From assembly GCA_003344405.1 (NCBI GenBank), contig NOWV01000160.1:62001-126000 (forward strand): a stretch of DNA of 64,000 nucleotides, read 5' to 3'. The notes beneath the pieces are model-generated. The model was not told the DNA's origin and ran no database searches. It saw only the letters and a program-made list of their open reading frames with translations. Source of the stretch: Trichoplax sp. H2 (Eukaryota). Positions 28,219 to 40,173 of this stretch are shown piece after piece. Within the stretch, counting starts at the first letter, position 1. The number at the start of each line of letters is the position of its first letter. Made by a program: the position numbers and the translations under genes.

Positions 28219-29346
28219 CTAAAGCATTTCAATTTCTTGCTTTTCATTAGAAACTTGATCTTGATTTTGTTCAAATAGCTGATGACTCGAAGATGATTTC
28301 TTGACCTGACCATTAGAACGAAGTTTTGCTTGACTAGCTAAATCCATACTATTGGAACGTATAAAAGAAGATCGAGTGGAATAAGATCTTGAATCACGTT
28401 GATCTGAAGCAGGCAAGTTACAAATTTGCCTGAAGTAATTCGTTAATGCTTGATTTACGCTAGCTGTTATAAAGGCATAAAGGAGCGGATTTATAGCATG
28501 GTAGCTAAAAGCTAGATATTGAAAAGTTTCAAGAAGTGTTGTGGCTGTCTGGGAAGCGCTACCACTAAAAACAGCTATCGCTGAAACAAAAGTTAGTATC
28601 ATAAAAGGAAACCAACAAAGAGAATAAACGCCCGTCATCATAGCTACTTGTTTAGCTGCTTTTAAATTTTTCTGTAATGTCGAACGTGGTTGTCGGCTGC
28701 GCTTGTAATATAATTCTTGCCTTGATTTCGAATTTATAATAATAAATATTCTAATATAAGTTGCAAAAATGACAGCTAATGGTGCAAAGAATAACGATGC
28801 ATAAACGACGATCAAATAGATACGATAAATGAAAATTTCTCTTTGTGTAAAAACAACGTAGCAAACATCGCCATGATAGAAACCGTAAAAAATATTTAGG
28901 AAAAACCCGGATATAACAGAAATTATAACAATAATAGCAATAACGACGATAGCATAGCGTTTTCTAGCAACATTATTATAAGAGAATGGCAATGAAACAC
29001 GTAAAAATCGATCCAAACTGATGGCACATTGATGGAGATTAGAACATACAATTAAGCAAACCCCGGTGTAGGGTAGCATCGAGCATAAAAATGGTGAATG
29101 AGTCCAATACGGATAAATCCATCGAGGTAAAATATACAAGACAGCAAATAAAATTCCTGTGACAAACATACTAATCATCAGGCCATTGGAGACCGTTCTT
29201 AATCTCTTCTTCGTAGCAATAATATAAATAACGAGCGAATTAGTACCAACGGTGATAGCAACTATAATACTGTAAATTATGATTCGACGTAAAACTATTG
29301 GTAATGTCAGTGGACCAGTCGGTCTTGTTACATTCGTTGCATTCAT
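28219..29346 (-). CDS. Orphan rhodopsin-class (class A) GPCR, single coding exon, 375 aa; paralogue of 9710-10762
   Basis: 7 TM segments; TNS, CSMLP, SLDRF, FFAPL..Y, CWFPF, NPLLY; N-terminal sequons NAT/NVT; Ser-rich C-terminal tail. Confidence 0.95.
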   Translation of the reverse strand: MNATNVTRPTGPLTLPIVLRRIIIYSIIVAITVGTNSLVIYIIATKKRLRTVSNGLMISMFVTGILFAVLYILPRWIYPYWTHSPFLCSMLPYTGVCLIVCSNLHQCAISLDRFLRVSLPFSYNNVARKRYAIVVIAIIVIISVISGFFLNIFYGFYHGDVCYVVFTQREIFIYRIYLIVVYASLFFAPLAVIFATYIRIFIIINSKSRQELYYKRSRQPRSTLQKNLKAAKQVAMMTGVYSLCWFPFMILTFVSAIAVFSGSASQTATTLLETFQYLAFSYHAINPLLYAFITASVNQALTNYFRQICNLPASDQRDSRSYSTRSSFIRSNSMDLASQAKLRSNGQVKKSSSSHQLFEQNQDQVSNEKQEIEML

Positions 29347-32300
29347 AATGAATCAGAACGTGAATTCAGTCAGAGTTTTAAAATACTCGTTGAGATCTCG
29401 ATTATTTTGGTGAGAACTAAGATGACAAAATAACTCTTTGATCAATAATCAGAAAACTGCTAACTCTTTAGATTAACATAATCTTGCTAGGACGTTGTAA
29501 TTTCATTAAGTGAAGGAAAGCACTAAAGGCCTACTGCTATAACGATGATATAAGCTATTCAAATAACATTTGAATTGTTCTAATTAATGTTTTCTATAAC
29601 AATAGGTAGAGAAAGGGTAAAGCAATTTTACCTAAGGCAGATACTTTTAATAGTATAGATTTACAGATTCGTCAATAAAAGGACAAAGCAGTCAACCACC
29701 CTCCTGTAAAATAGAATAATATTACGACTTAAAATATGAATAAATGAATTTCAATTCGTACTCTTTATTATCCACGTTAGTTTCATTCACTATTATTGAA
29801 TGACAGACAAACAGAATCAACAATAGACCAAAGATTGTCGACGAAAAAAACTATCAGCATCAATTATTCAATTATCTTACTTATATAGACCATGATAAAA
29901 TGTTAATCTTAGCCCATGATAATTATTGTTCAGCTCTTAACATAACTTGACAAGAGAATGAACAGCCTAATCCTAAAAAATAGACATTAAAAATTGATTT
30001 ACCGATCCTTGATGACCTACAATGATATCAATACAAGCCTTTCAATTGTTAACTATCATAACAACTCATGTTTTCCACCTATTTCCTTCATTAGTAACGT
30101 ATTGACATTCTATAGATAAATTAAATTGCTTTTTTATGCACTAATTTTCCTGTTCAAGTCATAAAGCTTGACTGAAAGACTAGATTTACTCTTAACTAAC
30201 TTAAATTATAACTGTTTCAGTTCATTTGCTATGCAAATTTATATTTACTTCGTATCAGTATTATATCTTTTATGGCAGATGTTTCATTTTAAACTTGCTT
30301 TTAGTTAAATAAGATTTTCTGAGTACTATTTTCTATTTTGCACAAGTATGAAACATCAATGATATACGGTCACAAGACTATCGAGAAATAACCAATTCAA
30401 TATCGTTTTGAACTCTAAATAACCTCTTATAATAGATGTCGTCAACTGGGCATAATTACGTCACCGACAAAGAGCTACTTGATAAAGACACTTTTCCGGT
30501 TGATATCCTTCGGTTTAGTTCTGTTTCTGTTGCATTCTACGAATCATTCGATACAATTATCAACTCTTAATCTGAAATGATCAACTTATTAAAATAATAA
30601 GGAGAAGAATAGTGGGGTAAACGTCATTTGACGATTCATGGTGATGCCATAGTAAATTCGCATTGTCTTACTTTCAAGCCGATAGTCGAAGTCTTCGTAA
30701 GACTACCAAGTTGATAAATAATCCACAGTGAAAAATGGCTTTATTGACTCATTCTTATAAGCAATCTAGTTCATCATTTTAGCCTTATTCTAGATAATTC
30801 AGGATTTCATCAATCTCTAGTTTATAAAATAAATATTATCCAAAATTAAGGATCGATTCGTTAAGAAAGTCATCTTGAAAATACCGCTAAAACTTAGAGC
30901 GTCCTTAACTCCTTATCGGAAAAGGCTCCTCGTTAAAATCCTCTTACTTGAAGAACAACGTGAACAAACAATTAGAAAGAAATAAACATTGAAAAATTGT
31001 GCAGAAATGGAGCGTCGAGAAGAGATTAATATTTGATACGTGCTAGAGAACAAAAGAGCGAAATATAGGATTACTAAAATCATTTCGGTTAAAAATCCGG
31101 TCTGAAATGCGACATTAGAGGTACTATTAAATGGTCTATATGTCAGCTCGTTCAACAAATGATTGACTAAATGTAATTAGTAATCAACTTCCGGTAGCTT
31201 TTCTAGCCGCTCACTCAATTTTGAATAAATAACCCTATATAGAACAGTTCATACTTAAATTGAACTTTAATAGATCCATTGCTGTACCCCCTTTATAACG
31301 TACCATTACCCCAATGTGAGTTAAGTACAAAACTTATACAATAAAGAGGACAGAATTAAAAGTTTACCATTTTATCTTATTGGTCACGGGCGCATAGACA
31401 CTGTTAATATATTTCGTAATTCAGAGAATAGAAGAACCCCAGCATCAAAGTAAATTCTATCAATGAACAAAAAATAACTCATTCATTCTTTAACGATTAA
31501 TTTAAACGTTAGGTTCTTTTTATTCCGCTTCATTTGGTTAGCTAAATTTAGAAATAAAATATTAATACTTTTAATATTTATCTGTTTAATATCTTTAGAA
31601 TAAAATTTTATGGTTATCTCACTAAACGTAACATCCAAATATCTTTTTTCAGCGCCAGAGCATACTTTTCTTCAAACGTAGATGAAAGGCTGTTATAAAA
31701 TTATATCCGCGTATACAATTTCTAAAAACATAAATGACTTCAGGAACTTAAATCAGTAATGTTAATAGAAATAAGTATGCCATTATCACGGTACTAGTGA
31801 ATTAGTTAGATACTTAACTAATAAGAAATCTCAAAGGTCAGATCGTGTTCTGATAGTGGCTACTCTCGTGTTATATGCATGCTCTGATGTAAAGTAGAGT
31901 ATAGAGCTATTAAAATATAAATCTAAGAATATAGGAGAGCTGATATTGTTTATTGGAGATAAGTTCCTTGTGTACGTTCTGTAGCTACTCGCTAATGTAG
32001 TTTGAAGATATAACTGAGTTACTTCATATAATAATGAGAGTTCTAGATTTGATCCTAATGAAAACTGGTGAGTCTGCATTTAACTACAGCTTGAAGCAAT
32101 TTTTGTATAAAAATTTGGTTGAAACAGCCATATAAATATTAATTTTCTAGAGCGATTTCACCAAATAACTTTCATTCAATAACAGATAAAATTTCAGTTC
32201 AAAACTCGATTTAAAATTTATCTCTACTTTATCCATACATTCATACAGATAGAAGAATTTTCAATTAAGTGATATAAATAATACCAATTGATATTACTTT

Positions 32301-33193
32301 GAATTATAAACAAGCTTGCATATTGCAGTTAGTAAAATTGTGGATATTACATTTTAGATTAAAGTCGAAGTATTAATAATTGTTTAATTAAAGATAATAA
32401 GAAATACCCAATTGCTACGAAGTTTTTTTGAAAAGCTACCATAACATAGCATTTATAAGAAAACTTGAGCAAGGATGCACTGACAACGGCTTTTCTACAA
32501 AATTTTTCGTGCTGTATGTATAAATCGGTCGATTTTGCAATACATTTAGCGTTCGAATTTATCTAGAGAAATGTAGTTTACTATAATCATTGATTATCTA
32601 ATTATCAAAAGTACAAGTCATACTTTACATAGATTTCGAAAAGGTAGAAATTACAGTAGGCTCATACCGTTAATTTTTCGAATAGCATTAACTATAGTCA
32701 GAATCATTTAGTTTGTCACATCAACAGCTAAGTCATCAAGTTGATTCATAAGACACTAAAACTAGTATGTCAAGAATTTTCATTTTACTGCAATTTCTAA
32801 CCCTAGTTCGTAGCAACTAGCAAATGATGATGATAATATTAAGCAATTACACGATTTTTCATGCTATATTAAAACACCTATCCAAAGGGTACTTACGATA
32901 CAAAGTAACTGATGCCAACGTTGTCACGACTGCAAGTTAAATTTAAAAAATTCTCCTCAATTTTCAGGCTACCAACGAGTAAAAACAAATAACAAATTGC
33001 CAGCGAACAATTCTATGAGTTATTCAAATTTAAGAAAAGCCGAAGTCTCCTCTCTTTTTTTCTCTATCGTATTTCCTTTTCATACCATTACCCTTATTAC
33101 ATCAATACTCTATATTTGTAAGATAAGTTAATAAAAACCACGGCAACAGTAAATATGTTTTAAAATAGAATCGCACGACATTAATTATCTCTA

Positions 33194-33317
33194 AAATGAT
33201 GAACATAACCAATAATAATCCTGAACGTGGAAATCAATTGAACATAACATAGAATATTGTAAAAATGGTGAAATAGCCAATAATAATCCCTAATATGGAA
33301 ATTAATTGAACATAACG
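33194..33317. repeat. Local ~55-bp imperfect duplication
   Basis: AAATGATGAACATAACCAATAATAATCC..TGGAAATCAATTGAACATAAC is repeated with substitutions ~68 bp downstream. Confidence 0.75.
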
Positions 33318-34302
33318 ACCTTAATAAAATTTGTTCCGTCAACTTGCTTTAATTTTTAAAGGATACAAAGAATTTGTGGTCGGTGTATTTATTTCTTATT
33401 CTCTATTCATTTGGGAAGCTACGTGATAGTGCTAGATGCTCTGGATGATAAGTACAATATTTTTGCAACAGCAACGGTAACTCTTACAAATCAAAAGGCT
33501 AAGAACCAACCCTAAAGAAATGGCGTAGCTGCTTAAATCCACATTAAGCCGAATATAATATTTTGGCGATAGTTGCATTTATAGGCATTTAATGTTGCAA
33601 TTTACTTTAATTCAACTTAGAATAAACTTTTCAATGTGTATATTGATCAATACCTGAAGCTAAGTTATCATACTAACTTCAATAGGTTACTACAATTTAA
33701 GCGGATCATGGATAAATCCAACAAACACATTTTGAAATAAGTAACTAGAATGAAATGATACCATGAAGAGTTATTCTTATCCTGAAGCCTAAATATTATA
33801 TTTTTTATTTTCTATAGACTTAGTGCAATAAAAAACATAATTTTTTTCACGTAAGCTTTATATTTAGCTATATTGATGCTTTTGATAGCATTAATAAATG
33901 AAGTAATAATGTAGTTTGCTAGTTCAGAACAAACCTTCACTTCAATTTCTTAGAAAATCAAAAATTATAGAAATCTAATAACTGGAGATGTGTCGAAAGT
34001 TTGAATTGATAATTGAAACTTAAGCATGTCTTACGTAATGAATAATCATTATAAATCGCTATTAAGATTATTGGCCACTAAGAGAATCGCATTTATTAGT
34101 AATATAAATTTTACTGCTAGGAGTCACTTGCTTCTCAGAAATCTTTTTAGCAGTTTAGTTTAGTGGTCTATTAGAAAATAATAGCTGCAGATATGAACAA
34201 TTATTCGGTTATAAGAAGAGATCTATACAGAAGTCAATTCTATGATTTCTTAGCGTTAGAGCCAGCAGTAAGAACGGATTAAGAATATTTATCCTAGACT
34301 TT

Positions 34303-34457
34303 GGTATACGACTATATGATACGACTACAGGTATACGACTATAGGTATACGACTATAGGTATACGACTATAGGTATACGACTATAGGCATACGGCTATAG
34401 GTATACGGCTATAGGTATACGACTATAGGTATACGACTGTAGGTATATGACTATAGG
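34303..34457. repeat. Minisatellite, 14-bp unit GGTATACGACTATA, ~11 copies
   Basis: Directly visible head-to-tail array with few variants (GGCATACGGCTATA, GGTATACGACTGTA, GGTATATGACTATA); no spacers. Confidence 0.95.
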
Positions 34458-36660
34458 CTATCATAACCTAGTCCAGTGTGTTTTTCGCGATATGATCAAT
34501 AGTATATAATCTCTTTATTTAAATCAAACTTAATTTAATTATCCTACTAGCATGTGTTAGTATATGCTTTAATTGACCTCATGAAGCCAATAGTAGAATT
34601 TTGGGAAATTAAAATTTCATAAGAAGGATATAGTATAAGACCAAAGTGATCATAATTGCAATTCATATTATGACTAATAACTAATTGTAAGGTTTTATTG
34701 TTTCTACTGCAATAATAGAACTTAACGATTTTATTTAGATTTGTCTCATTACCTTCTCTTCCTTAGTATGTTTTCGTAGGTTGAAAATCAAATCGCCAAG
34801 TCAATGTGTTCATAATGACCAAGATTTTTCTGCCTTGATATACGATAATAAACGATATATTTTAGAATATTGGGTTATGGCATCTTGAAGAAGTATATAG
34901 TAGGTACTTGCAAATGTTTCGGTACGTCATAAGATTTGAAATACAAGAGTAGAATTAGAAAGAATGATTCAAAATTTGTACTATGTCAAAGAATAGCACC
35001 TATCTCTTTTAGCTAATTATGTGTTATCAAGATAATTTTTTATTCAAGCTTTGCCAACATAGAAAACTAGGATGCTACAAAAATGGAGTTTTCTGAATTA
35101 ATTAAATTCTGTAATCATGCAATATGGTTTGTTGGCGATTCCATTAATCCTAGAGTATCAGCTCTTGGAATTTAAATCTATAATAATATAAATAGATGTT
35201 ATTAATCCAATGATTCCGTAAGTAAATCAGAAATAAAAAATTAAAATCAATCGAAAGATCTTCAAATACGTTCTTGTGTATTATTTCACACAATTTTCTA
35301 CGCCTACAGTACTTGTTCTTGCCAAGAGCCACCTCCCTCTACGGAGCCTAAAACAACTTATTTACCTATTGCGTTCTAGTTTGTAAACAGTGATTCCGTT
35401 TACAATCAACGTTATCTAGATCACAGCTGTCTTTCATTTAAGGTGCTGGGACCTACCGGTACCACTTTCAAAATGCCTTTATTCCAAAAATCTATTCTAT
35501 TATTATTGAGTATTCACAATTCCTACTCTTCTATCATTACATTCGATTGCATATACTTAATTGGACCAGCAATTGGCGTATGAGCTATCTCGATCTGAGC
35601 TACTATCATGTAGTACATGTATATGTTATACAATTTAATTTATATAATCCCTGGACTGGCACTACCATTATGTTACGGTACGAACTACCGTGAAGAAATA
35701 GCTATCTAAATTTGGTAAATATAATATAGTGATATTATATTACAACTAGTTATTTACTATAGGAATTACTCTAATTATAAATGTGTTACAGTAAATTTAA
35801 TGCTGTGCTGTAATGTGCACTGAAATGATTCTGTGAATGGACATATTGTAGTCCGACTGTGAAAAACTAGTTATCTCACCTAAATATTTTTATAAGATGA
35901 CTTGTGAATGTTAGCTGCTGTAGAAGGGTATATAAGCCCGTCAGATAGTTGAATAAAGCAGTTCTCAATTGAATTGTTGTTTTAACGTAGAATCAAAGGC
36001 GTCTAAATTCTTGTGAGGTAGTTAAGGGATACTGAATTCCGGAAGACTATAGTAATTTAGAGATTTGTTTTACGTTATCCTTGTCACGAAGTTGGTTTGT
36101 GACGCATTAGCATAAACGAATTCTTACAGTTAGTCGACCAAGGTTTGAACTCAAATTAATGAAAAATCTAAGCAGATATATTTTTTGTTAGTTTTTATTT
36201 AAAAGCAGAAATATAAGCGGGTAAGGGCAATTTCTTTACCTTTTCAAGACGTTTACACATATATATTATCATACTGCAGGCATTAACATCAAAGTACTGT
36301 ACACGTAAATATACGTATGAATATTTTAATCATGTGTTACAGTTTACAAGAACTGAACGACAGTCTGCAGAAAGGGTAATATTGGGCAAGGTTAGCCAAT
36401 AAATTTAGCAAAGTAGGCTGATTATGGTGAGCAATAAATAAATCTTCGCAAACTAAACTACTACCAAATCCCGTCGGCTATTACAGTGCAAACTTGAGAA
36501 TCTCTAGTTGTACCAAACAGACATATAAGAAACTAATTAGAATTTTATAGATAATTCTTATCTCTTTTATTAAAGTATTGTAATGTAGCAAAATTTGGGT
36601 GCTAAATGCTAGATTATTATCTTAATCAGCAAAAACCATTATATTCTCCACTCCTTCAAA

Positions 36661-38313
36661 TTACTTTTGGAGCTTAATATGTTTCGCAGCGTCAACAACA
36701 CCTGTACCAGAAGCATTTATAGAAAAAATAGCATTAGATGCAACTGAATGATTTGTCCTCGTGTTATTTTTGTCTATCTTTCGCGAGCAACTACCTTCTG
36801 TGATTGGTTTCCAAATACCTAATTGTGTTTTGTTTAGCTTATATAACTTGTTGATAACATCTTTTTTTTCCAATACTGAATGACCTCTTTTTTCATTTTT
36901 GCTTCCTAGTCCAGTTTGATAATTGAGTACGCCGCCTTCAGTCACTCTATAAAATATGTCATACCAATCTTGAATGGATGATTTTTTATATCCAAGCCTT
37001 GTGACGTGAAGATTAAACTTATCAGCATAAGGCAGATTGTATTCTGAATTATTAAGATACTCTTCAATAGTCATATTATTTGTCAGTCTGCTCTTAAGAT
37101 CATCGACATGGATATGTTGTACCCAGTCTCCAGTGGTACTAGTTGCCAAGGTTTCCTTATATATGGCCTGACCATTACGAAAAACTTGGTCATGTCCTAG
37201 TGAACAATATATAGAATTAATGGACGAATATCGGTCACTACCATCTGGTGTTATTTCCTTGACAGCGACTGCTGTTTCACTGCCTGGATTAATATAAACA
37301 GAAGCTAGTTTTGTATTAGCTCGGTACTCGAATTTGTCAGGATAATGTAACTGTAAATATTCAATGATCACTTCCATGATATCAGGATAAAAAAAGCCAT
37401 CACCAGGAATGAAATATGCGTGCACCGGTTGATTTTCTATATCAAATAAAGTTCTATCTTTCAAGAACGCATCATCAACAAAGTAAGACTCAATGCCTAG
37501 CATTTTCCATGAATTTAAACCATGTTTTAACCTTGGAAGATCCTCTGGAAAACCAAAATATAGACGTCCCTTCCGCTCCATAATAGATTTATTCAAGCTA
37601 GCCCTTGTCAAATAATCGATGTAAGAAAAATTCTCCAACGACAGTTTTTGCCCTTCAACCACTAATTTACTCCTTTGTGTAACATCGAATCCGGCCATAC
37701 CTTTCTGTTGAAGAAACTCCAAAAAAAAATTTGTGTAAGAAATCAGTTTTGAGGTACTAGGATTGAGCATCGGAATGGAAAACGACTGGTAATTAGATTT
37801 TTCAGGATCTCTAGAATCGATAAAATTGAACGAGAGAGCTTTGATTAAATCTGATAATGTATATTCATCGTATTGTGTGGGATGTTGATGTGCCTGAAGA
37901 CCACTGCGATCCATTATTGATAAATGACTATCTGAAGAGAAAACGACTTTCATTTCCGAGCGGTTATGCAACAATTCGAATGCTTTTAATAAAGCAGATA
38001 GCCCTCCAGCCGTATATGCTACGGTTTGATTAGTCGAATCGGTAAATTCTGTAGCTGTGCTATTAACAATTTGTACAGCACTTTGCTTATGCCATTTAGT
38101 AGAAAATTTCACTTTTGTAGCTTCTCTTAACTCGTCCAATAGCCTAGCATCACCAAACGCTTGAATTTTTGACAGCTTAAAATCGGAAACAGATATCTTT
38201 TCAAGAATACTCTTATAGCATTTTATTTTTTCTGAAGACCATCCTAAAAAAGGAGTCGTTTTTTTGCTCTTAAATAACTGATTAACAGGTTTCGCCACTT
38301 TCATAGTTGCCAT
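36661..38313 (-). CDS. Intronless FAD-dependent oxidoreductase-like protein of the DAO/DadA (D-amino acid oxidase/dehydrogenase) fold, 550 aa
   Basis: A 1653-bp uninterrupted ORF in AT-rich DNA. Family-like motifs occur in order: VAYTAGGLSALLKAFELL..KVVF (Rossmann beta-alpha-beta), GRLYFG, FIPGDGFFYP, YRANTKLASV, SIYCSLGH, GSCSRKID and C-terminal IFSINASGTGVVDAA. The ORF is secure; the family call was made by eye. Confidence 0.75.
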   Translation of the reverse strand: MATMKVAKPVNQLFKSKKTTPFLGWSSEKIKCYKSILEKISVSDFKLSKIQAFGDARLLDELREATKVKFSTKWHKQSAVQIVNSTATEFTDSTNQTVAYTAGGLSALLKAFELLHNRSEMKVVFSSDSHLSIMDRSGLQAHQHPTQYDEYTLSDLIKALSFNFIDSRDPEKSNYQSFSIPMLNPSTSKLISYTNFFLEFLQQKGMAGFDVTQRSKLVVEGQKLSLENFSYIDYLTRASLNKSIMERKGRLYFGFPEDLPRLKHGLNSWKMLGIESYFVDDAFLKDRTLFDIENQPVHAYFIPGDGFFYPDIMEVIIEYLQLHYPDKFEYRANTKLASVYINPGSETAVAVKEITPDGSDRYSSINSIYCSLGHDQVFRNGQAIYKETLATSTTGDWVQHIHVDDLKSRLTNNMTIEEYLNNSEYNLPYADKFNLHVTRLGYKKSSIQDWYDIFYRVTEGGVLNYQTGLGSKNEKRGHSVLEKKDVINKLYKLNKTQLGIWKPITEGSCSRKIDKNNTRTNHSVASNAIFSINASGTGVVDAAKHIKLQK

Positions 38314-39448
38314 TCTTGTTCACAATAAAGCCACTACCAACTTAGCGAACGAATAATAACCAATACAATTTTATGTAATTATATTTTCAAGTGATATTAG
38401 AAATCGCTAGAAATTACTAAACTAAAGGAGACAGACCCTAAACCGATGGATTGTTAGTTACCAACATACCAAATGATGGTTAATGCCAGAGAGAGCTAGG
38501 TTAAGTGAAGAAAGATACGGATACCGCTATAATCTGGTACGCAGACTATAAAGATTCTTTAATAAATGGAATATCTTATAAGTGCTTTAAGACCATGGTG
38601 GGCGTTGCATCTCTCGTAATCATTTTTGTTCACAAATTAGATATTTCGTAAAAGATACCACTTGTTGAATATTAATTAATGTAAATTTTCAGAATGAACG
38701 AGTATATATATATACATAAATGTCTTGGTAAAACTTATAGACGTTGATTTCCTTAACAAATATTTACTATGTGATAATGGCGTCATTTTTTCAAGTGATC
38801 AAATAGTACTCTCTCGTGATCAGGATATTGGTCAGGCCATAGGCGAGTTGAATGTAAAATTGTACCCATTATTCCATTAAAGTATAAATTTTAGTACACG
38901 TACATGTCTAAGCTTCTATGTACCTTACACAGTATAGTATGTTAAGTTCATACTTTGCTTATATTATTGTTATTGCTAATGTACTTTATGTTTGTTGCAT
39001 CATAGGTCATCGTATAACTACACTACTGTGTGCTAATAAAGAACATAGATTCTTCGTATTGGTCGAAAATCTACAAACAAAGCCTTTGAATTCTTATTCA
39101 GTATCAGTAAGTGATAGATATTGGACGAGGATTACAATTATTAATGTGTGCATATGTCAATGGGAGAGAAGTTTATCTTAGACAGCATCTATACCGTTAT
39201 ACAGTATAACGTGAAACGTATCGAAATCTTAGCTTACTTAGGCGGAAGTTCAGTGACTGAATCTGTAACTTCATATATAAGTTCATAAGTATAATACGGA
39301 TATAATATGAGAATTACGATAATGTATTTGTACCATATGTATGTAAGTCACATATAACAAACATTGTATTTAAACTATTACATAATAAAAAAGATCATCA
39401 ATTATATCTCACTACCTTTGCATAAATAGCAATCTCTGAAGTCCATTC

Positions 39449-40173
39449 TTAAAGGGGTGAAGCGCAATTTTTCTTTTTTCGTTTCTTATTTTATTTATGC
39501 AATTGTCGAGAATGTGATTACTTTATCCTATGCATAGCTTTTGAAAAAAGAAAGAAACAAATTTAATTCAGAGCTATGATTAGTGAAGTTATAAATATGG
39601 CTGGAATGATGTCTGAGTAGAAACAAACATCCCAGATGTTAATAAAATATTATCAAAGCAATATCTCATATGGTTAAAATTCGATGAAACAATAAATTGT
39701 AGAATACCCTTATCCTATATTAGATAAGGTATTGTGTATGGTATTGTAGTAAAACGACCAAGGGCCAATCGTTACTTAATTAATTGTTAAGATATTAGAC
39801 TGTCTTTTTAACTTCGAATTGATATGATAATAAGCATATTCTTTGCGATGAAAAATTGAATACGATAAAAATATTCCGAAAGCTAATCCGTAAATTAATT
39901 GATCTCAATATCGAGCAGGACCTTCTTAATAAGTGATAGTTTTACAAAAACTTCTTGACTAAAAAATTGTAAAACTGCGTTAGACCTTGTTGATATGTTA
40001 CGAAATTTTAAATTAGAGCTATAAAATCGGTTGATAATTCAAACAACACATTGTTTTTCCAAATTTTTACTATTCAATATTATTTTGTTCATGAATAACA
40101 GATGGATAATTAGAAATACCTGCTAACTAATAATGTTTAAGTGAGGATTCAAAAATTATAGTCGCCTCTTTAG
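39449..40173. mobile_element. Possible degenerate non-autonomous DNA transposon (TTAA-site, Kolobok/piggyBac-like)
   Basis: The left end TTAAAGGGGTGAAGCGCAATTTTT and the reverse-complemented right end CTAAAGAGGCGACTATAATTTTT form an imperfect TIR pair; no coding capacity. Confidence 0.3.

Noticed and set aside
34303-34457. CRISPR-like array
   Set aside because: Units are head-to-tail with no unique spacers, there are no cas genes, and the context is eukaryotic.
28219-38313. Functional ligand-receptor module linking the oxidoreductase to the neighbouring GPCRs
   Set aside because: Only proximity supports it, and gene adjacency in animals is weak evidence; co-expression and ligand data would be needed.
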